Source: Mytilus trossulus
Taxonomy: Eukaryota
Assembly: GCF_036588685.1 (NCBI RefSeq)
Contig: NC_086378.1
Span: 88,412,001-88,476,000 of the forward strand
DNA: 64,000 bases
Direction of reading: 5' to 3'
A program made the position numbers and the translations under genes. The stretch's first letter is position 1. Each line of letters begins with the position of its first letter. Below the pieces are notes generated by a model. That model saw only the letters and a list, made by a program, of their open reading frames with translations. It was not told the DNA's origin and made no database searches. This document shows, piece after piece, positions 49,701 through 61,484 of the stretch.

Positions 49701-52700
49701 TTCGAAATATAAGCCATTGAAAATTTGGTGGGAAATAATTTTTCATATATTTAACATTGGTTCCTTATTTGTTTCAAAACATATGAAAAAATAACAAGAA
49801 TTTATAAAATTTTGAAATATAACTTTTTAAACTTTATGTAATAAAATTATGAAAAAAGTAGGGGTTAGTGGGCAAATTTTTTTAATGACAATACATGGAT
49901 AAAACCAGAGGATTCCGAAAATCTGAAAAAAAAATCAAAAAATGGAGGAGCAAACATCCTTAACCTTTATCAAAAACGCTCAAGTCTAAACGCCTGAATG
50001 ACAATGATATATAAGAAACGAAACTATGAAGACGGAGTTATATGTCTAATGCGGGGTTCACACATTGCCGATTATTGCTCCCGTTTGAGATCAGACAACA
50101 ATACGAAACGAAAGGTGAAAAAGTCGGATTAATATCCTCAATTATCTGGAATGACCTATCATTGTCTGAACGCAGTCGTTTTAGTTTGTAACAGGTTCCT
50201 ACGAGTCGGGAAGGTTCCGAATAGTTCGGCAAAGCACCCCGACAGTTAGGTGCGTCCCGTAACATTCGGGGCAACTCAGCCGATTTTGTCTAGTCGGATT
50301 ACAATCGTGGCTATGTCGTGACAGATTCTGCTGTATCGGATCGAATTCCGAACAATGTCTTGTGTATTCTGGACAGTGTCCTGTGGAACGGGAATGATCT
50401 GGAGTAATTTTTCATAGCTGTTTTTCTGCCGTTTGAGTCCAGATAGCATCCAGATCTTGTCGATTGCGAACCGCTTTTTCCCGTTAGCGTTCCGAAACAG
50501 TCCCGTTATTAATACGATATTCGTCAATGATACCCACGTCAGAGTCCCGATAATTACAGAATACAATACGACTGAGACCCGACAAAGCCGTTTGCAATGC
50601 GATAGAGCGGACCGTGATAGGATTACGTTCCGACAGTACCTGATCATCCCGAATATGCCGACAGTTTTCGAACGGATAACTTCCGTCAACGTCGGTTCAC
50701 TGTCTGGTCACTGTCTGATCTCTGTCGGATTACATTCGGTAGAGTCGGAACGCAGTCGTGACAGACTCGGTCGAATTTTACCTGGCGAAAAATACAAATC
50801 GGATTAAAAGCTGATTGAAAACGGGATTATCGGGACTAATTCGCTTAGAAACGGTTGAATATCGACGCTTCCTTAACACTATCTGATTGTTGTCGTGATC
50901 AAATTATTTTTTTTACAAATTTTAATTTAAGTTTGAATTTCCATCCACGATTCACAGGATCTTGATCAGACTTTTAATAAATTTTAATCGGGAATGGTCC
51001 TGTCAAGGACGGTAGTAAAAATCGTGAATGTGTGACCCCAGCTTAACAGCTTTCTTCCGTCATCTACATTCGAATGGCTGGATAATGGATGTTTGACGAT
51101 TTATCGGATAATGCTTAAAGCATTCATGCTATCAAACTTATAAGAATACAACAGTTTGGGAATTGGTTAAGTTAATAATGTTTTTGCTTACTCGTTTTAA
51201 AAAGTGTTAATTCACAAGCTGATTAAATGGTCAATATTAAACCTAAGCTTAAAAGACCAACTTATGTTCAAGTATAAAAAGTTATAGCAACGGTTTCTAA
51301 TATGCACTTACTCTGAGTTGCATTCATTCGTAAAATTCAAAGCAAATATATTGTGCAAATATTGAGAAAAGGGAAGCGAAATTAAGACACAGGATTCTTT
51401 TTAGTCATGCCTGTAAAACTATTTTGTCACACTTTTTGATATTTCAGCTAAACCTACGATAACCCTGGAAGGACAGAAAGAGGTAAAGTCTGGAGACACG
51501 TTACATCTATACTGTAAAGTAACTGGTTACCCTGTTCCTACCATAGCCTGGTATAAAGATGACAACCCAATAACTGGTGGTGACAGATTTAACTTTCTGC
51601 CTTACGATGAAGCACAGAAAGGCCATTTTGTTTTGTTTGATATTAATTCGAGCGACAAGGGTAAATACCAATGTCGAGGAACTACAGCGGAATCTGAATT
51701 TGTAGAATCGTTTCTGTTTATAACAGTTAAAGGTATGTTAGTTTGTTTGTGTGTTGTTGTTTATTGTTTCTATTTCTTTTTATGTCTTTTTTTATTGTTT
51801 TAAATATGTAATGTCTGGACTTCATCAACAGGGTTTTGTTCGTTACAAAACTGCTTCAGTACAATATTTTGATTGTGATAGTTTGACTAAGTATGAACTC
51901 GCATAGCAGGAGATGCTTGTCGGTGTTCTCGGTCTCGCTGCTTTTAAGGGACGACATCAAAAGATCAATGAAGGATAAAAAAACTTAATTCAAATAGTTT
52001 GGGGGTGGGGGTTAAACTTGCTGCAAGTTTTGTTTATCCTACTTCGATTTTACATATATCCATATGGGTTAATCATTTTTTCCCAAGTTAAGAGGGGGTC
52101 ATTAAAAAAACTATCTCAATTAAGTTTTTTTTTATCCTACATTGAACTTTTGATGTCCCTAAGTACATGCCATATCTTCATCGTCAATTGTCTCTTCTAG
52201 ATTGATTTACGATATTTGAACATCGGTAAATTTCGGCCGTATTCATTGACTTCGTGATTCATAGAAATGTATCTAGCTGTTTCTATAGGAAACACTATTG
52301 ACTAATGGTACACACAGATTTGTCAGTAGGCGATAAAACGATGCAACGTTGTATTGATTTTTATGCCCACCTACGATAGTAGAGGGGCATTATGTTTTCT
52401 GGTCTGTGCGTCCGTTCGTTCGTCCGTTCATTCGTCCGTCTGTTACACTTCAGGTTAAAGTTTTTGGTCAAGGTAGTTTTTGATGAAGTTGAAGTCCAAT
52501 CAACTTGAAACTTAGTATACATGTTCCCTTTGATAAGATCATTCTAATTTTAATGCCAAATTAGAGAATTTATTCAAATTTCACGGTCCAGTAAACATAG
52601 AAAATGATAGTGCGAGTGGGGCATCCGTGTACTGTGGACACATTCTTGATTTCTCAAAATAAGAGGTCACTCTGTAACAATCTAGGCCTGTGTAATGCTA

Positions 52701-54248
52701 TTTTGTGTACTTTCTGTGTGTTTTCTGAAATAAGAGCATGATGAATTTTCCGAATTTAATATTGATTTTAGGTAACTTATTAACAGACAACTTGTTGATT
52801 GTGTGTGTGGCTGTGACAGGTTCAGTAATAGTTCTAGCTATAGTATGCTGTGCTGCATGTATCAGATGTAAATCAAAACATAGTAAGTGAAATAGAGAAA
52901 ATGTAACTGTAGATAAACAGATAAACTTTTATATTTACTTGATTTTAACTTTGGTGTGGATATAAAAGAAATAATAAGGTTTTTTTTTAAAGAAATTAAT
53001 TGAACTTTTTTTAATATTACATTTTTCGTATTTTTTTAAAGCGAAAGACGAACTTAATGTAACATTAAACGTGACAAATTATGTTTGCTGTATGCTTCTT
53101 AAAATGTTTCGTCACAGTGCATACTTTCGTTCTCGGTCTGAACGTTTCTAACAATTACTTAAGCCAAAACCCAAACCAAAATATAGCTTGGAAATATCAG
53201 TGTTGATTATTTAGTTGTTAACGAACTATTTTTTAAAGCAGAACTTTTTGTCACTTTTAGAGCAACCAATGCTTAGGACTCCATTGCAAAACAAACCTCT
53301 TCTGTAAGTATATATATTTTTTGCAACTTCATTGACGTTTTTATCTCATATCCATGTTCATACTTTTTTGGTAAAATACATTTACAACATCAGAATGATT
53401 GAATATACCTGTTAAATCGATATAAGCAACAGCAACTCTAATTTTCAATTGCCGTGATATAGCCTAAGCCCTTATCTTTTATATACTAGTAAATGCAGTT
53501 CAAAATTGTAGGTTTTCAAAACGGTATACACGTTTATTGATTCTTCTAGAGGTTGGATATAAGCTTGTTCTTGAAGATCTGTTGACCTCTGTTTTTGTAT
53601 TGTCGTTTTGATACTGACTCATTGACGTGTACCAAGTATATCTGCATTCCTTCGTTTCAATTTTAAAACATAAACAACTGTTAATTTAGTTTACCTTACG
53701 CACAGAATTTGCCAAACACATTTTTGTTACTGTTTAACGAACAAATGTTCTTTTTTATAAATACGAAGTCTAACTAACTTCTGCAATTAATTGCAGCAAA
53801 TGGTTAATCATGGCGTCAATGGAAATTGATTTTTTGCAACAGTGAACCATATAATCTACAGAAATGAAACATAACATACAAACCAATATTTTCAAGGAAA
53901 GGGATTCCGAGGAATAACAAATATGAATATCGTGCAAGGTCAGACGCCATTTTTAAAGTTAAACATTAAACTGATATAATTTTAATTTGGCGTTCTTGTC
54001 TATTTTACTGTGTAAAAGTCACTATCACTTTTTCTAATATTATTTACACTATTTTCAGAACAAGACGATACGTTGAAATGCAAGTTGTAACGCGTGACAA
54101 AAGTATGACGTCATTGGAAGAAATTGACCAGCTTCCGCCTCCACCGCCGCCTGTTGATCCATGGGAGGAAGCATCAACCATAGACGATTCTTCGTTGACA
54201 TATGAACGAATACCAAAAATTCGCGACAGGCAAATTTCGTCAGCTTAA
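34767..54248 (+). CDS. Type I membrane receptor: signal-Ig-Ig-F5/8 type C (discoidin)-Ig-Ig-Ig-Ig-TM-cytoplasmic tail
   Basis: Exons 34767-34818 (signal), 35760-36041 (Ig1, GC donor), 36659-36946 (Ig2), 37385-37569 + 38263-38418 + 38872-39019 (F5/8C: ARLN...GWSP...QWIQV...EWVTAYRVIYSKDGINW...ARYLRLQPTSWNQKISLRFDVVGC), 39707-40000 (Ig3), 40372-40665 (Ig4), 47251-47436 + 47934-48026 (Ig5), 51448-51732 (Ig6), 52772-52882 (TM), 53261-53303, probable 53897-53938, 54059-54248. Phases are consistent throughout. Confidence 0.82.
39383..39530. repeat. ~150-bp imperfect palindrome, probably the end of a non-autonomous element (~39210-39530)
   Basis: acaattactgtctttt...aaaaactgatattcact tcggccgttggcctc agtgaatatcagttttt...aaaagacagtaattgt. 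Confidence 0.75.
41409..41508. repeat. Perfect 50-bp tandem duplication at the 3' junction of the Naiad element
   Basis: tcttggtcatctctatttgaagatgattctctggttctttatcttaaaag x2. Confidence 0.95.
41503..44790 (-). mobile_element. Apparently full-length Naiad-type Penelope-like element in intron 8 of the Ig/F5-8C gene
   Basis: ORF plus ~300-nt 3'UTR whose end (aaaagagggacgaaaga on +) matches other copies at 17137 and 14985. Possible ttaaaag target duplication at 41502-41508 and 44790-44796. 5' boundary approximate. Confidence 0.85.
41804..44716 (-). CDS. Penelope-like retroelement polyprotein, N-terminal GIY-YIG endonuclease + reverse transcriptase (Naiad-type domain order)
   Basis: Uninterrupted 970-aa ORF. 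CxxxxCxxC (KCETKGCKTC); GIY-YIG (NVVYGLECNLCGLVYVGET...RMCGH...EDYWIRQLGT..PYGCN); RT motifs TFDFSTLYT, GIPMGTNCAPLLADLFL, RYIDD. Confidence 0.95.
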   Translation of the reverse strand: MDTVSSDTAGVPSSPDMTNNLNTTHSDHRPSDNSNITHIQPCSVLLKDILVFDDTVQHCRISKCETKGCKTCAILITDAEFTSNLTKKSYFTRSYDDLNCKSINVVYGLECNLCGLVYVGETKGRLNKRMCGHRSDINLNANDVLYQHFNQPDHSIVSMTVRIIEKIYHSSNNPNLSTTLRRQKEDYWIRQLGTATPYGCNDKIDGIGILSSPSCNSVNVMNIFNSTPRRRRSHGHRHYTSPSLHDVSINDLLPCIQKPLGIHHIRTKLYSLPLSKLHSLFNLCLESTVTNPHSNQYKLQAIISDIASHRLFKPVRIGKDEKEKRSFLNLSFANKGLDGVNLGNILHHKLVQSKIPPYFKDQSVLIISYTYTKPIATKIFNYKRVLQDLDIDDFKSKPPDCTCASSQFTYNPAGHVITGDLNIVNNTSLRNVLSKGPKYREPKSINWKHNFKILMDSVEDYARQWAKREKEDVDTLSEWIKAVRSLIQIRIKKLNGSINAHATSIFKDPNVAKHLSDLHDEYVVVPADKAPNNIVFICKSHYINCLINELGIDNSLGNPTYTLTTLTKEEILDNHRSVLCSFGISTKDEELDLPSLYWIPKLHKCPYKQRYIAGSSKCSTKPLSKLLTSILSAIKDGLQSYCETAYSRGGVNQMWILKNSKDLLEYIQSNSLSSCNSIKTFDFSTLYTSIPHSKLKDKLKELVLLCFIKKNGQRRYKYLVLGRDKSYFVKNHSDSNKKFSETDIIKMLDFLIDNIFVTFGGRVFQQTVGIPMGTNCAPLLADLFLYYYEADFMQELLRKKDKKLAISFNSTFRYIDDVLSLNNSKFGDYVDRIYPIELEIKDTTDTVKSASYLDLHLEIDNEGRLKTKLYDKRDDFSFPIVNFPFLSSNIPAAPAYGVYISQLIRYSRACISYHDFLDRGLRLTRKLLNQEFQMVKLKSSLRKFYGRHHELVDRYGITVSQMISDMFLTS
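45100..45235 (+). ncRNA. Retrozyme fragment, hammerhead motif 45155-45201
   Basis: gtgtca-ctgatga-gtcaagattgtgtagag-gaaa-cgtgc-gtc-tggcg...ataatcctggtatctttgataacta. Confidence 0.72.
46750..47190. repeat. Degenerate ~24-bp minisatellite
   Basis: Recurrent gactgttttgttgtttctccatac-like units. Confidence 0.7.
48187..49959. mobile_element. TTAA-flanked MITE (Kolobok-like) hosting the Helentron-associated element
   Basis: ttaa|ggatgttcgct ... agcaaacatcc|ttaa. Confidence 0.7.
48257..49665 (-). mobile_element. Helentron-associated element, same termini, with ~8 x 166-bp tandem core
   Basis: Reverse orientation: aaactagaggctctcaagagcct...gctcacctg at left; (gac)n microsatellite and aagctcacttggcccttcgggccaggtgagct at right. 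aaagtaacaacactt recurs every ~166 bp from 48343 to 49505. Confidence 0.87.
50050..51043. mobile_element. GC-richer non-autonomous TIR element, TAA target duplication (PIF/Harbinger-like)
   Basis: taa|tgcggggttcacacattgccgatt ... aatcgtgaatgtgtgaccccagct|taa. Internal ORFs show no recognisable motif. Confidence 0.7.
51948..52159. mobile_element. Small MITE with ~45-bp TIRs, TAA flanks
   Basis: gggacgacatcaaaagatcaatgaaggataaaaaaacttaatt / aattaagtttttttttatcctacattgaacttttgatgtccc. Confidence 0.7.
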
Positions 54249-54494
54249 ATAAGCTAACTTGATCAACATTTTCACATTTGCAGAAAGTATTCTACAAGAT
54301 GGATATTTTGCGTGTGTTATGTGTATAGAATGACACTGATTGAAACATTATGATATAAAACTAATTATCTTGTGTCATTTGTGATTCTTGTTAATTATTG
54401 ATAAAGTTTATATTTTCTTTATTTCATTCTTTAATTTACATGAGTCATTACAACGAGTATAGGTATCTTATCATAACACTGTAAAACATGTTAA

Positions 54495-54980
54495 ATATAG
54501 AACATGGTGGTAAAATGCAGTTGATGGCTTATATCTCTGAAACCTAATCATTTAAGAAAAAATCTAATGTCATCATGAGGAGTTAAAATGTTCATCAGGT
54601 CAATCAATATCTATCTGCCGAGAAATATTCAGATGCATTAGACAACCTGTTGTTGGGTTGCTGTCCCTGGATTGGTAGTTTTAATGGCATTTTGCAAAAT
54701 TGGTTATTATATTGAATATTATTATAGATAGAGATAAACTAAACAGCCATAATGTACAGCAAAGTAAGACCTACAAATTAGTTGGCATAACCAAAATGGT
54801 AAATTCACCCCTCTCTTAGAATAATCTTGTTCTGAAACTACTGAGACAAACCAAACTTGGTCACAATCATCATTTGGATATCTAGTTTTGAAAAAAATGG
54901 CCGCAATGTTGGAGTGTCTTTTGTCTTATATACACATAGACCAAGGTGAGCAACACAGGCCCTTTAGAGCCTCTAGTTTT
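54495..54980 (+). mobile_element. Degenerate 3' part of the 33-kb Helentron-associated family
   Basis: aatatagaacatggtggtaaaatgcag...attatagatagagataaact...ccaaggtgagcaacacaggccctttagagcctctagtttt. Confidence 0.75.
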
Positions 54981-56874
54981 AGTATTGTGACATTGTGATT
55001 GTAGTTTAAAAGTCCGAATGACGCGTCATTATCAGAATAAAACATTGGAATGACAGAATGACACCTGACACATTACGGTGACTTTCAAACTTTGATCAAT
55101 GAATTATAAAATTTAAGAAGTTTATGATATAACACAGACATGATTTATTAAAGCAGGCAAGTTCATAGAGATGTCATTAAAACTTTAGTGAATATAACCA
55201 AGAAATAAAAATGGGAAGAATAAAAGAACGATTGCATACATACTAATAACATACTAGTTGTAAAAGTCTATTTTATAATTTTAAAGTCACTGCAATTAAT
55301 TTTTTATAAGATAATTATATATGTAATCGTTATTATTTAGATGAAATTATTTTAAAACTAAGAATATATATTTTATTCTTTTTAACTTATTCCCATACTT
55401 TTTTTTAACAATATTCATTTCGGATTTTATTTTTTTGCTCAAGTATATATGCTTTTAAATGCATAAACTCTTTTTAACTTTTTTGATGATAATTTTATGA
55501 ATTTTACCGTTAAACTATATTAATAATGTATATAACATGTGTTAAGTGTCTCATAAGTCAAATTTATGACTGGGTATTGATTGTTTTATTGTATACTGTG
55601 ATTTGTAAATATTGTCAATCAATATGTGACACTATAATAAAATATATATTTATTTATTTTATTTCATAACAAAGAGTAATGATTTGAATATAGTATAAAT
55701 TAATGTGGTTATGTATAATAGTTAAATTTCAGCGAAGTTTCAAAAAGATAATTACTACATCAAAGCCATGATATTACTCCAATCACCAACTAATTATCAT
55801 AACGGTTTACTCATTAATGAGTAAAATGTAATTAAGACCTTTCACTTATTTAATTTGATTTAAATTTCAACCTTGATTATACTTGATTGAGTTATAATAA
55901 AAACAAAGCAGCTGAATGGATGATTTACATGTGAATTGTAATAGCATTTTCTCAAAACGAAATTAAAAGATTTTCATTGGTTAATATAACTGTGTTTTTA
56001 CAAGTAATTTTTTTTTTGGAAAATAATAGTGCTTATGTCCCAATGATGATTCAATGTAATCGGCCTGGATATGTCTCTAAAGTTCTATGTAAGGACTGCT
56101 GCTTTACATACAACCAGTGCGACCTGACCAAGTCCCTAGGTAGGTAAGGTTTTTTTTTATATTTTATTCTATTTATAACATTTTTTTTTTAAAACCGTAT
56201 TCTAGATCATAAAAGTGAAGAAACATTGAACTTGAATAATAAAATTATTATTGATGTATAGAAACTTTATTTCATTTACTATTTTCTGCAAATTCAGAAA
56301 CACATTCTGATATTATAGTATTCTGGAAATTAATAAAATTATCGAGCATATCCACTGTAAATTGATTATATTAGATGTTTAATCTTTTGGTCTAACGTTC
56401 CGCTTCATTTTTAAAATTTTTTTTTTTTTTATGTCCAATCAACTTTAAACTAAATATATGTTCCCTATGATATGATCTTTCTAATTTTAAGGTAGGTAGG
56501 GAGGGGTCTAAATTACATAAACAAAATATCATGCTTTTATATATTCCGTTCTTTTTGTCATGCTATGGATTGTTCCAAAATTTGTCAGATTTTGTATAAA
56601 CTAATATCTGAGACAATGTGTTACAGTAGTCTCATCTAATATGCATGGACACACACTTCTGTGGGTTATAAAGAAAACTACACATTTAAAGATACAATAT
56701 TAGGAATACATGTGTCTGTCTAATAATATGCTACGATCAAGATAAGACATAGAAATAAATGACGTCACCGGACTTGTTTTCTTGCTACACTAAAACAATA
56801 AGATGAGTTCATGACTATTTCAATTTTTAAAATAACTTAATCGGAGTTATCAACCTTATATCTGAGTAACCTCC

Positions 56875-59800
56875 CCTTGTGCAGGATATCTTATTAGTTT
56901 TAAACTTATACAATCAGTTCTAAATAAAGTGTTTTCGCGAACTACAACACGTTTGCCCATGCCTTGTGCAGGATATCTTCAATTCTAAATAAAGTGTTTT
57001 CGCGGACTACAACAGGTATGCCCGTGCCTTGTGCAGGATATCTTAGTAGTTTTAAACTTTTACAATCAATTCTAAATAAAGTGTTTTCGCGGACTACACC
57101 AGGTATGCCCGTGCCTTGTGCAGGATATCTTAGTAGTTTTAAACTTTTACAATCAATTCTAAATAAAGTGTTTTCGCGGACTACAACAGGTATGCCCGTG
57201 CCATGTGCAGGATATCTTAGTAGTTTTAAACTTTTACAATCAAATCTGAATAAAGTGTTTTGCGGACTACAACAGGTATGCTCGTGCCTTGTGCAGGATA
57301 TCTTAGTAGTTTTAAACTTTTACAATCAATTCTATATAAAGTGTTTTCGCAGACCACAACAAGTTTGCCCATGCCTTGTGCAGGATATCTTAGTAGTTTT
57401 GAACTTTTACAATCAATTTTAAATAAAGTGTTTTCGAGGACTACAACAGGTATGCCCGTGCCTTGTGCAGGATATCTTAGTAGTTTTAAACTTTTACAAT
57501 CAATTCTAAATAAAGTGTTTTCGCGGACTACACCAGGTATGCCCGTGCCTTGTGCAGGATATCTTAGTAGTTTTAAACTTTTACAATCAATTCTAAATAA
57601 AGTGTTTTCGCGGACTACACCAGGTATGCCCGTGCCTTGTGCAGGATATCTTAGTAGTTTTGAACTTTTACAATCAATTCTAAATAAAGTGTTTTCGCGG
57701 ACTACAACAGGTATGCCCGTACCATGTGCAGGATATCTTAGTAGTTTTAAACTTTTACAATCAAATCTGAATAAAGTGTTTTGCGGACTACAACAGGTAT
57801 GCTCGTGCCTTGTGCAGGATATCTTAGTAGTTTTAAACTTTTACAATCAATTCTATATAAAGTGTTTTCGCAGACTACAACAAGTTTGCCCGTGCCTTGT
57901 GCAGGATATCTTAGTAGTTTTAAACTTTTACATTCAATTCTAAATAAAGTGTTTTCGAGGACTACAACAGGTATGCCCGTGCCTTGTGCAGGATATCTTA
58001 GTAGTTTTAAACTTTTACTATCAGTTCTGAATAAAGTGTTTTCGCGGACTACAACAAGTTTGCCCGTGTCTTGTGCAGGATATCTTAGTAGTTTTAAACT
58101 TTTACATTCAATTCTAAATAAAGTGTTTTCGCAGACTACAACAGGTATGCCCGTGCCTTGTGCAGGATATCTTAGTAGTTTTAAACTTTTACTATCAGTT
58201 CTGAATAAAGTGTTTTCGCGGACTACAACAAGTTTGCCCGTGTCTTGTGCAGGATATCTTAGTAGTTTTAAACTTTTACATTCAATTCTAAATAAAGTGT
58301 TTTCGCAGACTACAACAGGTATGCCCGTGCCTTGTGCAGGATATCTTAGTAGTTTTAAACTTTTACTATCAGTTCTGAATAAAGTGTTTTCGCGGACTAC
58401 AACAAGTTTGCCCGTGTCTTGTGCAGGATATCTTAGTAGTTTTAAACTTTTACTATCAATTCTAAATAAAGTGTTTTCGCGGACTACTACAGGTATGCCC
58501 GTGCCTTGTGCAGGATATCTTAGTAGTTTTAAACTTTTACAATCAATTCTAAAAAAAGTGTTTTCGCGGACTACAACAAGTTTGCCCATGCCTTGTGCAG
58601 GATATCTTAGTAGTTTTAAACTTTTACAATCAATTCTAAATAAAGTGTTTTCGCGGACTACAACAGATATGCCCGTGCCTTGTGCAGGATATCTTAGTAG
58701 TTTTAAACGTTTACAATCAATTCAAAATAAAGTGTTTTCTGGGACTACAACAGGTATGCCCGTGTCTTGTGCAGGATATCTTAGTAGTTTTTAAACTTTT
58801 ACAATCAATTCTAAATTAATTGTTTTCTGGGACTACAACAGGTATGCCCGTGCCTTGTGCAGGATATCTTAGTAGTTTTAAACTTTTACAATCAATTCTA
58901 AATAAAGTGTTTTCACGGACTACAACAGGTATGCCCGTGCCTTGTGCAGGATATCTTAGTAGTTTTAAACTTTTACAATCAATTCTAAATAAAGTGTTTT
59001 CGCGGACTACAACAAGTTTGCCCATGCCTTGTGCAGGATTTCTTAGTAGTTTTAAACTTTTACAATTAATTCTAAATAAAGTGTTTCCGCGGACTACAAC
59101 AGGTATGCCCGTGCCTTGTGCAGGATATCTTAGTAGTTTTAAACTTATACAATCAATTCTAAATAAAGTGTTTTCGCGGACTACACCAGGTATGCCCGTG
59201 CCTTGTGCGGGATATCTTAGTAGTTTTAAACTTTTACAATCAGTTTTAAATAAAGTGTTTTCGCGGACTACAACAAGTTTGCCCATGCCTTGTGCAGGAT
59301 ATCTTAGTAGTTTTAAACTTTTACAATCAATTCTAAATAAAGTGTTTTCGCGGACTACAACAGGTATGCCCGTGCCATGTGCAGGATATCTTAGTAGTTT
59401 TAAACTTTTACAATCAATTCTAAATAAAGTGTTTTCACGGACTACAACAGGTATGCCCGTGCCTTGTGCAGGATATCTTAGTAGTTTTAATTTTTTACAA
59501 TCAATTCTAAATAAAGTGTTTTCGCGGACTACAACAAGTTTGCCCGTGCCTTGTGCAGGATATCTTAGTAATTTTAAACTTTTACAATCAATTCTGAATA
59601 AAGTGTTTTCGTGGACTACAACAGGTATGCCCGTGCCATGTGCAGGATATCTTAGTAGTTTTAAACTTTTACAATCAAATCTGAATAAAGTGTTTTGCAG
59701 ACTACAACAGGTATGCCCGTGCCTTGTGCAGGATATCTTAGTAGTTTTAAACTTTTACAATCAATTCTATATAAAGTGTTTTCGCACTACTACAACAAGT

Positions 59801-60780
59801 TTGCCCATGCCTTGTGCAGGATATCTTAGTAGTTTTTAACTTTTACGATCAATTCTAAATAAAGTGTTTTCGCGGACTACAACAGGTGTGCCCATGCTTT
59901 GTGCAGGATATCTTAGTAGTTTTAAACTTTTACAATCAATTCTAAATAAAGTGTTTTGCGGACTACAACAGGTATGCCCATGCCTTGTGCAGGATATCTT
60001 AGTAGTTTTAAACTTTTACAATTAATTCTAAATAAAGTGTTTTCGCGGACTACAACAAGTTTGCCCATGCCTTGTGCAGGATATCTTAATTGTTTTAAAC
60101 TTTTACAATCAATTCTAAATGAAGTGTTTTCGCGGACTACAACAAGTTTGCCCATGCCTTGTGCAGGATATCTTAGTAGTTTTAAACTTTTACAATCAAT
60201 TTAAAATAAAGTGTTTTCGCGGACTACAACAAGTTTGCCCGTGCCTTGTGCAGGATATCTTAGTTATTTTAAACTTTTACAATCAATTCTGAATAAAGTG
60301 TTTTCGTGGACTACAACAGGTATGCCCGTGCCTTGTGCAGGATATCTTAGTAGTTTTAAAATTTTACAATCAATTCTGAATTAAGTGTTTTCGCGGACTA
60401 CAACAGATTGGCCCGTTCATTGTGCAGGATATCTTAGTAGTTTTAAACTTTTACAATCAATTTTAAATAAAGTATTTTCGCGGACTACAACAGATATGCC
60501 CGTGCCTTGTGCAGGATATTTTAGTAGTTTTAAACTTTTACAAAAAAAATGGGTTGACGCGAACTACAACAGGTATTTCCGTGCCTTGTGCAGGATATCT
60601 AAGTAGTTTTAAACTTTTTCAATAAATCCTATTTAAAGTGTTTTTGCGGACTACAACAGATATGCCCGTGTCTTGTGCAGGATATGTTAGGAGTTTTTAA
60701 CTTTCACAATAAATTCTAAATCAAGTGTTTTTGCGGACTAATACAGTATTGCCCGTGCCTCGTGGAGGATATCTTAGTAG
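56875..60780. repeat. Satellite array, 87-bp monomer, ~45 copies
   Basis: Monomer ccttgtgcaggatatcttagtagttttaaacttttacaatcaattctaaataaagtgttttcgcggactacaacaggtatgcccgtg; gives the 29-aa periodic ORFs; edges degenerate. Confidence 0.97.
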
Positions 60781-61484
60781 TAAAAGGGCTGAGCTTTTAT
60801 CTCTCATCGCGGGGTTTCTGTAAATAGTTCTTTTCGTTCTAATTAATGTCTAGGCAGTTAACTGAAAAGGGTAATTCAAAAGGGAAATTAGATAGGATAT
60901 ATTAATGGTCTTATTTGGGAGGTGCCCACCCTCACATTGTTCATTGCCTTGTCGTGGCGTGAGGGCTCCACTTTGGTGGTCCAAAATAAACACATTGGGT
61001 GGTCGTATTTTTTGTTTACCTAAAATTATTTAAAAACAAATGATTAAAAGTCACCCATATGTGTTAAAATTAAATTTTCATGTGTCATTCCAGCTGTTAT
61101 TCGTATATGAAATGACGCATCATTTGGTTTTTAGTATACCCTGTTTTAATTCCAATCAACATTTCAAAACATTTTTGGGCCAAAAAGGAAATCTAGATAT
61201 TTTATTTTCTCAGATATATAGTATCTCCAAGAGACATATTTCTGAATCTGCTACTAAACACATTCATTTATATTCTGGTGAATATCTTCAGAAAGTTCAA
61301 CTTCACCATTAGTCTACGTACACAAATATTAAAATACATTTGTATAACATGCATGTATAAGCATGAATTATTTGCAGGATCAAAGCAATACTTTCTTTTA
61401 AACAATTCGAATTGTAGAGTATTTTCACCTTGCATAATACAGTTTTTATTATTTATATATATTTTTTCTTCGTGAATTAACAAG

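Noticed and set aside
50038-50807. Overlapping ORFs in the GC-richer island
   Set aside because: Lie within a TIR element, on both strands, with no transposase or other motif.
56964-60606. Long ORFs (up to 339 aa) with 29-aa periodicity
   Set aside because: Translation of an 87-bp satellite that lacks stops in some frames; open on both strands and broken by frameshifts.
56875-60780. CRISPR-like regular array
   Set aside because: No unique spacers, no cas genes, eukaryotic context.
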